A stretch of DNA of 64,000 bases from Chrysomallon squamiferum (Eukaryota > Animalia > Mollusca), in assembly GCA_012295275.1 (NCBI GenBank), contig CM022669.1, positions 16,120,001 to 16,184,000 of the forward strand, written 5' to 3'. The stretch's first letter is position 1, and every line of letters begins with the position of its first letter. Made by a program: the position numbers and the translations under genes. Shown here one piece after another: positions 11,411 through 26,471 of this stretch. The notes under the pieces are model-generated. The model was not told the DNA's origin, did not search any database, and saw nothing but the letters and a program-made list of their open reading frames with translations.

Positions 11411-13786
11411 GTGCGTGTGTGTGTGTGTGTGTTAATAATATCAGAAGTTATTTATTTTTTATTTTACTTGTTTTATTTATTTTTTATTTTTTGTTTTATT
11501 GTATTTTATAATTATTATTAATTTAAAACTCTGACATTATCAACGGTACGTTTTTAGCAAGAAAACGTGAACTGGGAGTGTTGTTCATCGTTCTTTTTCT
11601 CTCTCTTTTTTTTTTTTTTTTTTTTTTTTGTTGTGTCACTACCGAACCAAACTGACATAGAGTGTCAAGTGACAGTAGTGTTACAGTTAGACCTCCATCA
11701 TCTAAAGGAAAGGAGCGGTTATATTTCGTTCTGGTCGTTATTGTTAGGATAACTGTTACGATCATAAAAACGAGAGACATTGTCCCTTTTTAATCTGTAT
11801 TTTTCTCTGTATTGTCAAGCAGTTATCCAGGATACCATAAACAACATAAACAACACACTTTTAATTTATAAAATAAAAAGAAATTGTAAACTATTGTTTA
11901 TTATATAAAATTCCGAGGGCTAAATCGATTAAGCTTTCAATAGATTATAAGCGAACACGACAATAGAATGTTTCTATTTTTAGGTGGTTATACACCAGAA
12001 ATCACGTTTCAGCAATGCTGAAAAAGGTGAACTAGCCAAGCGCTTCATATTCAATAATTCAGGATGAAATTGTTATTTTATGACATTTTTCTTTTGGTGT
12101 AAATCCAATGAGAGGAAAATAAACAACAGCTGGTGACATCAACAGTTTTGATGTCACATGGTATTATTATGGCGAAGATGACTATTACTACTATTACTAC
12201 TTCTGTTATTACTACTATTTTACTCTATCATGTGACTGAGTTGAAAAATCTTACGAAAGGTAAAGCCAACGAATATAACGAGATGGCGAAGACAACTTAC
12301 ATAACCAACTAGCACTTACGTCCATCCTTATGACACCGCCAAACAATAAATAGTCTAGAATGTATTACCGAATTTATTACTGTATTACCGGCATAGCTCC
12401 AAGGAGAATCATTGGGCAATTTTACTCTAACGAATAATGAATATGAACGTCTGTCAGTTTGAATGTAATGATCCTGTATTATTAAATGCGAGAAAAAGAA
12501 TGCCAGATAAATAGACGAGACATCCAAATATATTTTCATATAATATTTTGTTTAGTATTTATATGAACTAAAGTAATGTTCTATTAATAAGAACTGTATT
12601 CATTTGAGACAGTATATCCTCCAAATTAAATATCCACGCATGTGCATTTTAATATTGTTATTATATATCTAAAATATATTCTTCTCTACACTGTAAATCC
12701 ACAGTTTATGGGAATAAATTCATTGTCAAATTCATCGTTATTGTGTGAACAGTCATTTACAAATCATCAACAAATTTGCTCCGACTAAATGTTGAAACTG
12801 CAACTTTAAATTGCAATTTTACATTTGAAATTAACACCTATTTGATTTAATTTTACTAATGTGTCAGACATATTTGTCGTATTAGCTGACTATATAGGAA
12901 ATGAAAAATAAAGTAAAATAAAAAATTACTAAAATACTAATATTTAATATTAAAAGTATGTGTTTACTTTCAATTCAGGGACTCTTTTTCTGACACATCA
13001 TACAGGCCCAGAACGAGCTTAATCTGATCATGGCGCTTTATATCAGATAGTAAAACCAAATAAATAAATGAAATTGAAATAAAAGATAACAACAATAACA
13101 ACAACAACAGCAACAAAAATAATAATAATAACTACAAAAATATTTTCTTTATTGTCTTACTGGATTTCAGATTCGAAAATGAGCGTCCGCACACATACAC
13201 ATTTTTTATTTTGATTATTAATGCTCTGAATTTTTTTTTTTTTCATTTTCTAAATTAATGATTATTCGATTCGTCTCTCTCTGTTACACAATGACACAAT
13301 GTTAATTCAGTGTCATTAATTATACACAAAAATAACAGACAGTGGTCTACGATTTTCTCATCCAGAGAAAAATTCCATCTTCGTTATGGTCAAATACAGC
13401 TTTCTGCTTGTAGACACTAAGCTGTAAATGGAGACACATTCAGTTCAACAGTCCTGTTAAAGTCAGTAATTACTTCTTGTTATCAGTTATGTCAAGGATC
13501 ATTTTATATAATTTCCAGGTTCCTGGATCAACAGCGACAAATGAAATGGATTCAATAAATAACAGGCTGATAATGAATAACTGAATTACAAAATAACACG
13601 GTACAAAACAGTGAAACATTATTTTACTGTTTAAACAGAGCAGGTTTCTGATGGGTCCACCAATGGTCAGTCCTTTAAAATACTTTTCTCTCCTAGTCAA
13701 TACCCAGTGTACAGTTTATAACACTCCAAATTAATTATTTTACTAACAATAACAAAAAGTGTATTCACAGATTCATTATAATGATA

Positions 13787-14909
13787 TTAAACCAAATCCT
13801 TTGCAGGGTAGCATGTATTACGATGCCACCAGTCATAAACATTATCATAAACTTTGGTTTGTTTAGAAAGCTCCCACAGTTTGTGGCACAGTTTACATAT
13901 GCCAACAGAATTCTTTTTAGGCTTGTAATAATTTTTCCACTCAAGATATTCTACGTAGGCTGTGACATTTCTGTCTAAATAAAGAAGATACTCAGCAAGT
14001 TGTTTAGGACTCTTGAAATCGGCAGCATTGATGTAAGACTTTGGAGGCAAAATTTGACTATAATTTGCTCCACCTCTGACTACAATCACAATGTCTAATT
14101 GCATATAATCGAATGCTTTTTCAGTTATGTAGTCATCACATAGGCTGTTTTCAAACGATAAGTAAAACTTGTAATCCCTACTAAGTATTGAATTGCACTT
14201 CTTTTGCTCGTTCCTGCCACATTTTTTGATTCCACACATACCAAATATGTCGATGGAAATATATTTTTTCAGCTGCCGTACATACTGTTCTCTCTTACTT
14301 GGCGTACCACAGTGACTAACAAACCATGCAACTTGCTTGGTTTTATTCTTCACGCTTGGTAAGAAGCTGAAATTTTCCTTTTTCTCCCTTTTCGTTAAAG
14401 CGCCGTAAAAATAAGTCACCTCCGAGTCTCTCCTGTAAGTCATCGTCCAGTTTATTACGTTCTTCCAAGGTGCTCTATTGAAATTGAAATCTCCTGAATG
14501 ATCTGGTGACTCCAGACAGAAATAAACCCAAACTTGTCCGGCCTCTTTATGAGGAGGAGAATCTTTTTCAAAACCCACAGCGTAAAATATAACAGCTTGA
14601 ACATTGCTGATGTTTCTGCGTGGTTTAAGAAGTGTACAGTTGGCAGAACAGGACTTAAGTTCTTCGACTGCCATTTCGTACCACGGCCAGTTGATGTGGT
14701 TCTTTAATAAAATTAGTTTGCTCGGCTGTGAGTCCGTGTTCCGACTTATCAGCTTACTGTTATTTAAATAATTACGTGTTTCTCCATACCGTTCAGTAAA
14801 GTTCTTAAGAATTTCCCACGTTGAATGAAATTCAGTTTTCGAACAAAATATGAACAGGAGAGATGACACTATTCCAATAGATGTAATAAGACGAAAACAT
14901 CTTGTGGGT
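13787..14909 (-). CDS. Alpha-1,3-fucosyltransferase (GT10) copy A3, main coding exon
   Basis: Uninterrupted frame with all GT10 motifs, acceptor at 14910-14917 and exon length 1123 nt. The poly-Tyr N-terminus in the ORF track is intronic (AAT)n. Confidence 0.92.
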
Positions 14910-14961
14910 CTGAAAAATAAAATAAAAATAAAAATAAAAAAATAAATAAATAAATAAATAA

Positions 14962-15066
<105 letters not shown>

Positions 15067-15591
15067 TCAACACTATACAAGTTATTAATTATTATTTTTT
15101 GTAATGTTTATTCCATTATGGTATGATTAACTTTTAGCTGGAAAAATCACACTGGTATATAATAAGTGATGCTGAATTTTAGAATAAATTGCTCTCCACA
15201 AATACATTTAGTATTTTTTTCTTCTTTTTATAAATTCTTTGTCGTTACATCTGTGTATTCGATAGTTATAATATTTAAGAGGATTTTACATTATATTTCA
15301 AAGTACTTTTGTGTTTATTTATTTATTTAGTTATCATCATCATCATCATCATCATTATGCTTTTATTTATTTCTTTAGTAGAATAAAATGACTTTACCTC
15401 AGCTTCTGAAATGCCATCTTGTGACTCTAATAAGCTACACAAATCGTTGCCTTTATTGTAAGCTATCCATTTACAATAAAAACATAAAACTAATTAAAAA
15501 ATAAAATACAATATTCGTAAAAAAGAAAGACTTCAACAGCAGCAGCAACACAAAAAGATGACGATAACAATAATAATAATAATAATAAGAA

Positions 15592-15622
<31 letters not shown>

Positions 15623-15866
15623 AAAATAACATAAAATAAAATACAGAAAGAAAAACTACAAAAATTAAAGGTGCATGAAATAAAAGTAAAACAAAACACT
15701 GTTGTATCGTAAATATCCTGGTATACCGAAAATTCTAGCCTGATTGTATAAAGTTCAGTTCTATTCAGTCGGATATTTTCAAAAGCATTGAAATAATTTT
15801 AATACATAAGAAATAAAATAAAATAAAATAAGAAAACAGTAAGAAATGACACAGTAAATGACTTAC

Positions 15867-15883
15867 GTTAATGTTGTCTTCAT
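15867..15883 (-). other. Candidate start-codon exon segment (MKTTLT) for A3
   Basis: Same ATGAAGACAACATTAAC|gtaagt as in units 1 and 2. Confidence 0.45.
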
Positions 15884-16494
15884 TCACTCTACAGCTGTCT
15901 CATATATTCGCTGATCAGTTTGTCTTTGAAGAGAAAGCAAACGACATCGACAACTGAACAGTTAAGCGAGATTTTACAGTGGTAACTGCACACGATTACA
16001 AGAGTGAACAATTAAACAAGACACTGAATACAAAGCTCGATATAAATTTGTCAGTTAATCAAAACAAAAAGACGATCTGTATCAGTAAAATATTATTAAG
16101 TTTTACGACTAACTGAAATAAAAGACATGTATTTATGCTCTTTAAACGTGGTTATGTGCAGTATGGCGTCATTCTTTTTATTATATAAATAAATCTCAAA
16201 ATAAAATATAACCAGCTGTTCACGTTTTTATGATCGACTTCTAAGGCTTATTTTAATCTCACATTACACTCTTTATCAGTTTCGATCGGAATATTGACAA
16301 AAGTAAAAGTTATACATAACTCCCAGTTCTAGTTTCCTTCATGAGAACGTACAACTGATAATGTCAGAAGTATTTTTCAGAGTCTGAAATTGATAATAAT
16401 TAGATAAATAAATTATTTATTTCAAATGTGTTGGATTCAAAATATTTTACTGAAATTGTCTATTCCAGTTTTATTCATCGTTTTTTTAAATAAG

Positions 16495-17063
16495 ATAAAT
16501 GATAAATATTGTATAAAAAGAATAAATGAAAGAGAATGTAACGAAATAAACTGGTTTTGTACAGCGTATATATGTTGGAGATCAGACAAATTATTTTAAC
16601 GCCTTCGGCTGGAGTTACAGCCTTTATCGACACCTCCTGTTTCAGTCTGATACATATCGTTGAAGTACTACGCTCGTACTGTCTACCCAAATCGACTACA
16701 TGCACATCTCGCTCATGTTTTTTTTAATGGTTTCATGCTTTAATTGAATGGACATCATCCGCTTCTTCTTTTCAGCACTGTCCTTTGCACTCACTTTCTT
16801 ACGATCTATGGTCAGAAAAAGAAATTTGGCAAAATACTGGACACAACGCAACAGAGATGCTTCCGCGGCGAAGTAACCACGAGAAGTAAACGAGTGAACG
16901 AGTGAGACGCGTGATGCTGGTCGGATGGTGTGTTGTTCGATGCGCCAACTAGAGGCGGCGTACGTGAAGTTCGCTCGTAGCTCGGATTTCGACTCTCAAC
17001 TCAAAGCGAAAAATCGACCATGCGACTCGGAAAACTCGTCGTGGGGTTGGGGCATACGTAAGT

Positions 17064-17067
<4 letters not shown>
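16495..17067 (-). mobile_element. Truncated Tigger/pogo-like transposon (unit 3)
   Basis: Same sequence as unit 1, including the T8 frameshift near 16720. Confidence 0.8.
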
Positions 17068-17108
<41 letters not shown>

Positions 17109-17248
17109 ATAATATCAGAAGTTATTTATTTTTTATTTTACTTGTTTTATTGTATTTTATAATTATTATTAATTTAAAACTCTGACATTATCAACGGTAC
17201 GTTTTTAGCAAGAAAATGTGAACTGGGAGTGATGTTCATCGTTCTTTT

Positions 17249-17279
<31 letters not shown>

Positions 17280-19436
17280 TTGTGTCACTACCGAACCAAA
17301 CTGACATAGAGTGTCAAGTGACAGTAGTGTTACAGTTAGACCTCCATCATCTAAAGGAAAGGAGCGGTTATATTTCGTTCTGGTCGTTATTGTTAGGATA
17401 ACTGTTACGATCATAAAAACGAGAGACATTGTCCCTTTTTAATCTGTATTTTTCTCTGTATTGTCAAGCAGTTATCCAGGATACCATAAACAACATAAAC
17501 AACACACTTTTAATTTATAAAATAAAAAGAAATTGTAAACTATTGTTTATTATATAAAATTCCGAGGGCTAAATCGATTAAGCTTTCAATAGATTATAAG
17601 CGAACACGACAATAGAATGTTTCTATTTTTAGGTGGTTATACACCAGAAATCACGTTTCAGCAATGCTGAAAAAAGTGAACTAGCCAAGCGCTTCATGTT
17701 CAATAATTCAGGATGAAATTGTTATTTTATGACATTTTTCTTTTGGTGTAAATCCAATGAGAGGAAAATAAACAACAGCTGGTGACATCAACAGTTTTGA
17801 TGTCACATGGTATTATTATGGCGAAGATGACTATTACTACTATTACTACTTCTGTTATTATTACTATTTTACTCTATCATGTGACTGAGTTGAAAAATCT
17901 TACGAAAGGTAAAGCCAACGAATATAACGAGATGGCGAAGACAACTTACACAACCATCTAGCACTTACGTCCATCCTTATGACACCGCCAAACAATAAAT
18001 AGTCTAGAATGTATTACCGAATTTATTACTGTATTACCGGCATAGCTCCAAGGAGAATCATTGGGCAATTTTACTCTAACGAACAATGAATATGAACGTC
18101 TGTCAGTTTGAATGTAACGATCCTGTATTATTAAATGCGAGAAAAAGAATGCCAGATAAATAGACGAGACATCCAAATATATTTTCATATAATATTTTGT
18201 TTAGTATTTATATGAACTAAAGTAATGTTCTATTAATAAGAACTGTATTCATTTGAGACAGTATATCCTCCAAATTAAATATCCACGCATGTGCATTTTA
18301 ATATTGTTATTATATATCTAAAATATATTCCTCTCTACACTGTAAATCCACAGTTTATGGGAATAAATTCATTGTCAAATTCATCGTTATTGTGTGAACA
18401 GTCATTTACAAATCATCAACAAATTTGCTCCGACTAAATGTTGAAACTGCAACTTTAAATTGCAATTTTTACATTTGAAATTAACACCTATTTGATTTAT
18501 TTTTACTAATGTGTCAGACATATTTGTCGTATTAGCTGACTATATAGGAAATGAAAAATAAAGTAAAATAAAAAATTACTAAAATACTAATATTTAATAT
18601 TAAAAGTATGTGTTTACTTTCAATTCAGGGACTCTTTTTCTAACACATCATACAGGCCCAGAACGAGCTTAATCTGATCATGGCGCTTTATATCAGATAG
18701 TAAAACCAAATAAATAAATGAAATTGAAATAAAAGATAACAACAATAACAACAACAACAGCAACAAAAATAATAATAATAACTACAAAAATATTTTCTTT
18801 ATTGTCTTACTGGATTTCAGATTCGAAAATGAGCGTCCGCACACATACACATTTTTTATTTTGATTATTAATGCTCTGAATTTTTTTTTTTTTCATTTTC
18901 TAAATTAATGATTATTCGATTCGTCTCTCTCTGTTACACAATGACACAATGTTAATTCAGTGTCATTAATTATACACAAAAATAACAGACAGTGGTCTAC
19001 GATTTTCTCATCGAGAGAAAAATTCCATCTTCGTTATGGTCAAATACAGCTTTCTGCTTGTAGACACTAAGCTGTAAATGGAGACACATTCAGTTCAACA
19101 GTCCTGTTAAAGTCAGTAATTACTTCTTGTTATCAGTTATGTCAAGGATCATTTTATATAATTTCCAGGTTCCTGGATCAACAGCGACAAATGAAATGGA
19201 TTCAATAAATAACAGGCTGATAATGAATAACTGAATTACAAAATAAGACGGTACAAAACAGTGAAACATTATTTTACTTTTTAAACAGAGCAGGTTTCTG
19301 ATGGGTCCACCAATGGTCAGTCCTTTAAAATACTTTTCTCTTCTAGTCAATACCCAGTGTACAGTTTATAACACTCCAAATTAATTATTTTACTAACAAT
19401 AACAAAAAGTGTATTCACAGATTCATTATAATGATA

Positions 19437-20645
19437 TTAAACCAAATCCTTTGGAGTGTAACAGGTATTATTATGCCACCAGTCATAAACATTATCATAA
19501 ACTTTGGTTTGTTTAGAAGACTCCCAGAGTTTGTGGCACAGTTTACATATGCCAACAGAATTCTTTTTAGGCTTGTAATAATTTTTCCACTCAAGATATT
19601 CTACGTAGGCTGTGACATTTCTGTCTAAATAAAGAAGATACTCAGCAAGTTGTTTAGGACTCTTGAAATCGGCAGCATTGATGTAAGACTTTGGAGGCAA
19701 AATTTGACTATAATTTGCTCCACCTCTGACTACGATCACAATGTCTAATTGCATATAGCCGAATGCTTTTTCAGTTATATAGTCATTACATAGACTGTTT
19801 TCAAACGATAAGTAAAACTTGTAATCCCTACTAAGTATTGAATTGCACTTCTTTTGTTCGTTCCTGCCACATTTTTTGTTTCCACACATACCAAATACAT
19901 CGATGGAAATGTATTTTTTCAGCTGCTGTACGTACTGTTCTCTCTTACTTGGCGTACCACAGTGACTAACAAACCATGCAACTTGCTTGGTTTTATTCTT
20001 CACGCTTGGTAAGAAGCTGAAATTTTCCTTTTTCTCCCTTTTCGTTAAAGCTCCGTAAAAATAAGTCACCTCCGAGTCTCTCCTGTACGTCATCGTCCAG
20101 TTTATTACGTTGTTCCAAGGTGCTCTGTTAAAATTGAAATCTGACGAATGATCTGGAGACTCCAGACAGAAATAAACCCAAACTTGTCCGGCTTCTTTAT
20201 GAGGAGGAGAATCTTTTTCAAAACCCACAGCGTAAAATATGACAGCTTGGACATTGCTGATGTTTCTGCGTGGTTTAAGAAGTGTACAGTTGGCAGAACA
20301 GGACTTAAGTTCTTCGACTGCCATTTCGTACCACGGCCAGTTGATGTGGTTCTTTAATAAAATTAGTTTGCTCGGCTGCGAGTTCGTGTTCCGACTTATC
20401 AGCTTACTGTTATTTAAATAATTACGTGTTTCTCCATACCGTTCAGTAAAGTTCTTAAGAATTTCCCACGTTGAATGAAATTCAGTTTTCGAACAAAATA
20501 TGAACAGGAGAGATGACACAATTCCAATAGATGTAATAAGACGAAAACATCTTGAGGGTCGGATTTGTTGTTGTAACCTGAAAAAAATGAAAAATAAAAA
20601 ATAAAATAAAATGAAAAAAAATAAAATAAAATAAAATAAAATGAA

Positions 20646-20680
<35 letters not shown>

Positions 20681-21132
20681 AAACATTCAACGTTGTGCAA
20701 TTAATGAAAATTCGATTTGTCTGTCTCTGTCACACAATGTTAATTCAGTGTCATTAATTATACACAAAAATAACAGAGAGGAAAATCCAATATTCGTTAT
20801 TGCCATATACAGCTTTCTGCTTATAGATTAAATTTTAGCTGGAAAAACCAGACTGGTACATAATAATTATTCCTGAATTTTAGTATAAATTACTGTCGAT
20901 GAATAGATTTCGGTCTTTTTTATTCGATAGTTATTATATTTAAGATGTTCACTTATTTCTTTATTTATCATCATCATCATCATTCTTTTGTTTGTTTCTT
21001 TAATAGAATAACACAACTTTACCGCAACTTGTGAAATCCCATCTTGTGACTGCAATAAGATACACAAGGTGTTGCCTTTGTAATATGCTGTTCATTTCAT
21101 ATGACAAAATTTGAATAAAAAATAAATTCAAA

Positions 21133-21165
<33 letters not shown>

Positions 21166-21742
21166 CACGGTATAGGGGAAAAAAGCCTTAAACAACAACA
21201 GAAATATAAAAAAAAAAAAAAAAAAAAAAATCAAACATCCAAGAAAAAAAAAAAGGGAATAATAAAATAAAATAAAATAAAATAAATTAATACAACTAAA
21301 ACAAATAATTAAATACATTTCTATTGTTAATAGTAATACCATTATTGCTGCAGTTGCCATCATTACTACCACTGTTACTATTAGTACTACTACTACTATT
21401 ACTACTACAACAACTAGTAATAGTACCACCACTATTACTGCTGTAACTGCTTATATTACTACTGCTATTTCTCGGCTGTTAGTGCTACTGCTGTTGTTAT
21501 TGCTATTACTGTATCACTATTAACATAGTTCCATATAGTATTTAAATTAAAGATGTCTTGAAATAGAAAAGAATGAAAAAAAGAAGAAAAAACGAAAAAA
21601 CGAATCAAACAAAGAAACGAACACAAACACAAATAACTAGAGCAAACGCAAGCAATAACAACGCTAACAACTGCATAAAAATGTGATTTGACTAAAAGAG
21701 TAAACTGTTAAAAGAATAAAATAAATACACTTACCTTTCCAT
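19437..21742 (-). CDS. Alpha-1,3-fucosyltransferase (GT10) copy A4, two coding exons: 21742-21735 and 20577-19437
   Basis: ATG GAA AG|gtaagt at 21742-21729 splices to tttttttcag|G TTA CAA CAA at 20577, giving MERLQQQIRPSRCFRLITSIGIVSSLLFIF... This is a type II membrane topology with full GT10 motifs. The same structure is conserved in A5. Confidence 0.9.
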
Positions 21743-22199
21743 AGTATTGCAGTGGCTTTCCTCACCATCAAAGAAGAATTCTGTGTTTCTTTATTTACTT
21801 ATAGGGCGTTGTAAACCAGTACATTAAGGTTAATGAGTAACAGACTTTTGTACATATATTAATCTAAACCAGAAATTGCTTCCAGTGTTAATATTTTCTG
21901 TCTCCCCCCCTCTCTCTCTCTCTCTTTGACTGTCAGTATAGTCATCTGTCAGCCTCTCTGTCTTTCGGTCTGTTTTGTGTGTCTTCCTGCGGTTCTATTT
22001 ATATTTCTGTCTATCTACCTATCTATCGATCTGTTTGTACGTCAGTCACTCTCTATGTCTATGTGCCTGCCTGTGTGTGTCTCTTTGTCTTTCTGTTTTC
22101 TGTTTACAAAGATTTATCTCTTCTCGTTCGTTTAATCCTATGTATGCATTATTTAGCTATCAATCGATAGATTCATAGCTGTTTTATTTATGTAAAATC

Positions 22200-22560
22200 G
22201 ATACCCAGACAGCTTTCAATCTATCGTTAATTAGCACATGTGTTTTGCTCAGCTCACCTTTCAAACGTGATACAGGAAACCGACGCCAGGTTTATAGTCG
22301 TTTATAAACTGTCCAGCTATGAAGTGTAGTGAATTAATTACAGTTTTAGCAATTAGATCTTTGCGAACTGCTGACTTGAAGGTCGCAAGCGAACGATCTT
22401 GCGTATTGTGCTCTTAGATACCTTTTCTTTCTTTTATTGTTATTGTTTTAAAATCGTAAAGAAATACAAGTACAAATATACACACCTGAATTATGCAGAC
22501 GTTCGCACATACACAGGTGTGCTACTTTCTTTTTCTTGTTTTTGAAAATTCCTCAGCTAG
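22200..22560 (-). other. Conserved non-coding block with candidate 5'UTR exon donor (AAG|GTGAGC at 22258/22257)
   Basis: The inverted homolog at ~55900-56290 keeps tcacgtttgaaag|gtgagctg in the sense orientation of A5. Confidence 0.4.
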
Positions 22561-23424
22561 TCGTAGAGGAATGTTAAAGTCTTTAAAAACACAAATAATA
22601 ATAATGATACTAAAAGCTGTAGCTGGACTCTCAAAGTAAACCGCTTCTCGGCGCCAATTTCATTTTATCTATCCATCTATCTGCGATATATACACTCGAA
22701 TCTGAATGAGCAGCAAGCGCTGAGCAGTTGCCACACTCCCCCAACACACACCCGGTCGATATTTACGCCTAAAACAACACGTCTCCAAATCAATGGTGAA
22801 TAATTTCTGTGTATACTGCATCAGTTAACACGTTCAGTCACTGAAGTCATATTTTTGTAGGAACCGTTTGACAACGACCTTACCTGCCAGACAATAATCT
22901 AAATATTTTATTTCACTAATACGAACAGTATTTTTAAATAGTCTATAACTTTAACCAATTGACGAGTTAGCAATGACGGAGTACCAAAAGTTGTAAATAC
23001 TGATATATAAGTTTTGTGTTAATGCATGATTTTTAACATAGGAGCACTAGTGATACTGTGATACCCACATATATGTACTGCCAACGTCATCGAGAACGAT
23101 ATAACATGTAATATCCATTTGTGATTTAAAATATTATTGTTAACATCATTCCGTAACAGTGTGTACATTAATAATGGTAACTTAGACTGCTTTCTGTCGT
23201 TATTATAAATGTATTGCTGCTTGACACAGTTTGCTGGACTAATCAGCAGTTCATCTAGTTCACTTGCAAAGGACTGCGTTCCACTTTTTGTTTTTGAACT
23301 ATTGGAATTTTAGTCTTTGTTTTGAAAGAACGTGACACATATATAAATGCACATCATATTATTAATGCAAATAACAGAATCTCGCTTTTTTCATGATTAC
23401 GATTGAAGTAATTTCATTATCTAC

Positions 23425-23538
<114 letters not shown>

Positions 23539-24109
23539 AATTTACCATTTTTGTCCGTGAATTGTCTCACTAGTTTCTGTTCTCTTGTTTATCTGTGTAT
23601 ACCATCTCGATCATGATTTTTGTTTACCACGACGCAGTTACTGTTCATAATGCCACAACAATACATCTCCAAGCTAAAACTCTTCCAGAATTCGATCATT
23701 CAGTTCCGACGTAATGGCTTCTACAGTCAATGATGTCGATGATGATGTTGGTTTAACTAAGTAGAAGAATGACAAGTCAGCACATGACTCGGTCGGCAAC
23801 ATATAAACAGAGCACTTTATTTTAAATCCCTAAGAAATAATATAATTATGAGAAAAACAAATTAAATCATAAATATTTCATAATTTATACAGTAAATAAA
23901 TAAATAAATAAATAAACAACAAATAAATAAATAAAAAATATAAATAACGAAATTTACTCACATTTATTTTTTTATTAATCTAAATAAAAAATAAATAAAT
24001 AATTATAACAAATAAATAAATAAATAAATAAATAACGAAAGTTATTGACATTCTTTTTATTAATTTAACACGCACATAAACAAACAAGGCTTTAAAACAC
24101 AAACAGCTG

Positions 24110-24400
24110 AAGGGTTCGAGTTACTTGTATTGACACAATTATGTCACAGAACCCTGACCCGAAAAACTCCCATGCAAGACAGGAAATCAAACTAGAAGGA
24201 GGACGGGCTCCTACCGAGGGAGGAGAATCTCTTAAGGAGACACTTTTCAGCACCGAGAAACAATATTGTTATACACATCGGTTATTATTAGCACGATGAT
24301 TACCAGTACTGTTTTTAACAGCGTTTAATACTGCTCTACAAGGTGATGAATGTTATAAAGATACGAGAAAAACAGCAGAAAAGTAATACTACATGTAATG
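24110..24400. promoter_or_regulatory. Conserved, relatively GC-rich block between the divergent A4 and B1 genes; candidate bidirectional promoter or enhancer
   Basis: Highly similar to the reverse complement of 54140-54420, which lies between divergent B3 and A5. It contains an ETS-like CAGGAAAT. Function is inferred from position only. Confidence 0.35.
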
Positions 24401-24613
24401 TTCTTTGTATGAGCGTGCGCGCTGTATTTCTTTATGTGTATGTATGTGTGTGCGTGCGTACTGTATGTGTACGTCTCTTGTTTTTGTATGTGTGTGTTAA
24501 GGAAAAAACAGAAGAAGAAAGCCAAGTATTTGAATCCTAAAATGCAAAGAACTAGTAGTTTACTGATTCTCTATCATAACATAACAAGATTTTAAATGGC
24601 AGAAACACTAACT

Positions 24614-24730
24614 CAGGGCTGCGCAAACTGTTTGATCTTATAACTCATGTTGTAGAAGTGTTTACACTGACACGCACGCAGACTCGTTACATTTCAAACG
24701 AGACGTTGTGGCCGCAGGTTGCGTTACCTG
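24614..24730. mobile_element. Small hAT (Charlie-like) MITE
   Basis: Imperfect TIRs CAGGGCTGCGCAAAC ... GTTTGCGTTACCTG, flanked by a near-perfect 8-bp TSD cactaact/ctctaact. Confidence 0.6.
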
Positions 24731-25159
24731 CTCTAACTTGTTAACAGCACTTCACGACGTGGCTGTTAGCAATCGGTTAGACGTCTACCATTCTAGCAGG
24801 CGTTTTATTTTTACTTTTATTTTATAAATTACTTTTACCTTTAATAAAATTTCAAAAACATTAAATACAAAAACACACCCTGAACAATATAATGAATAAG
24901 AGTAGGATATCGATCAGCACCTAAATAAGCATTATTATATATAGATACAAAATATGTATATCGATTAACAACATCATGGCAATACAAGTATCAGTACAAG
25001 TAATAGTTTCTGGTTTAGACAAATAAGTGTACAAAGTTTACTTCTGAATTAAACTGAATGACCCAGCTTACAAGCGCCGGTAAATAAATACTAGTAAACA
25101 GACAGACACTGCTGTACCATGGTCAAAAAAATAAACCTTCTTTCCATTCTTTCTAGGTC

Positions 25160-25215
<56 letters not shown>

Positions 25216-26414
25216 ACCAGTAAAACAAAGATAAAACACATACACACAGACACATGCACACAGACACACACACGCACACACACATAAACAGTTTCAGTCA
25301 TCACCACAGATTCATATACGTTATTTGTAATAAACGTCGAAAAAAATATAGTTTAACTGTAATATTTAATAAATATTCATTCCTTTCTGAAAGCCGATAA
25401 AATGGTTGAAATTTTAAAAAAGAAGACATAAATAATAAAAAAAAAATTAACAAATTATCTTAATCTATGCACCGTATTCAATACTGCCAATCCAGTTTTA
25501 ATATCAGTATTTATAAGTCTGTAGTTATACGAACATTATTATAATGGGCCATTTTCCAGTTAATAAATCCAATATAAAATAAATATACACAAATCCACAA
25601 ATATTTTATTAAAGATCATCAAATATTGGAATGGACGTATTCAGTAAAATATTTTCAATCCAGCGCATTTGAAATAAATATATAAATAAATAAATAAATA
25701 TAATAATAAACGAGAAAATATATATTTTTTATTATATACAGTTCCACTACCTTTTACAAAACGATATTCTTAGTTTCCAGTCTATTTATAGCTAACCTAT
25801 TTATAATACAGTATCATCCGTCTGAGTGCCCGAATATAATTATTACTAAGATTTCTATATAAAAAAAACGCAAAATAAACGTGTAACATTTACTATTTTA
25901 ATTATTTATTTATTTATTTATTTGTTATTATTATTAATCTCAGACTCTGAAAAATACTTCTGACATTATCAGTTGTACGTTTTCAGCAAGGAAATCAGAA
26001 CTGGGAGTTATGTATAACTTTTACTTTTGTCACTACAGATCGAAATTGATAAAGAGTGTAATGTGAGATTAAAATGAGCCTTAGAAGTCGATCACAAAAA
26101 CTTGAACAGCTGGTTATATTTTATTCTGAGGTTTACTTATATAATAAAAAGAATGACGCCATACTGCACATAACCACGTTTAAAGAGCATAAATACATGT
26201 CTTTAATTTCAGTTAGTCGTAAAACTTAATAATATTTTACTGATACAGATCGTCTTTTGTTTTGATTAACTGACAAATTTATATCGAGCTTTATATTCAG
26301 TGTCTTGTTTAATTGTTCACTCTTGTAACCGTGTGCAGTCATTTTTAAGCTGTTACCACTGTAAAATCTCGCTTAACTGTTCAGTTGTCGATGTCGTTTG
26401 CTTTCTCTTCAAAG

Positions 26415-26471
26415 ACAAACTGATCAGCGAAAACACGAGACAACTGTAGAGAGAATGAAGACAACACTAAC
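26415..26471 (+). other. Candidate upstream exon of B1, homologous to the MKTTLT exon
   Basis: ctttctcttcaaag|acaaac...gaATGAAGACAACACTAAC|gtaagt. It is phase-compatible with the B1 acceptor at 29217 (A AGT TAC AAT CCG AAG AAA ATG). Confidence 0.4.
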
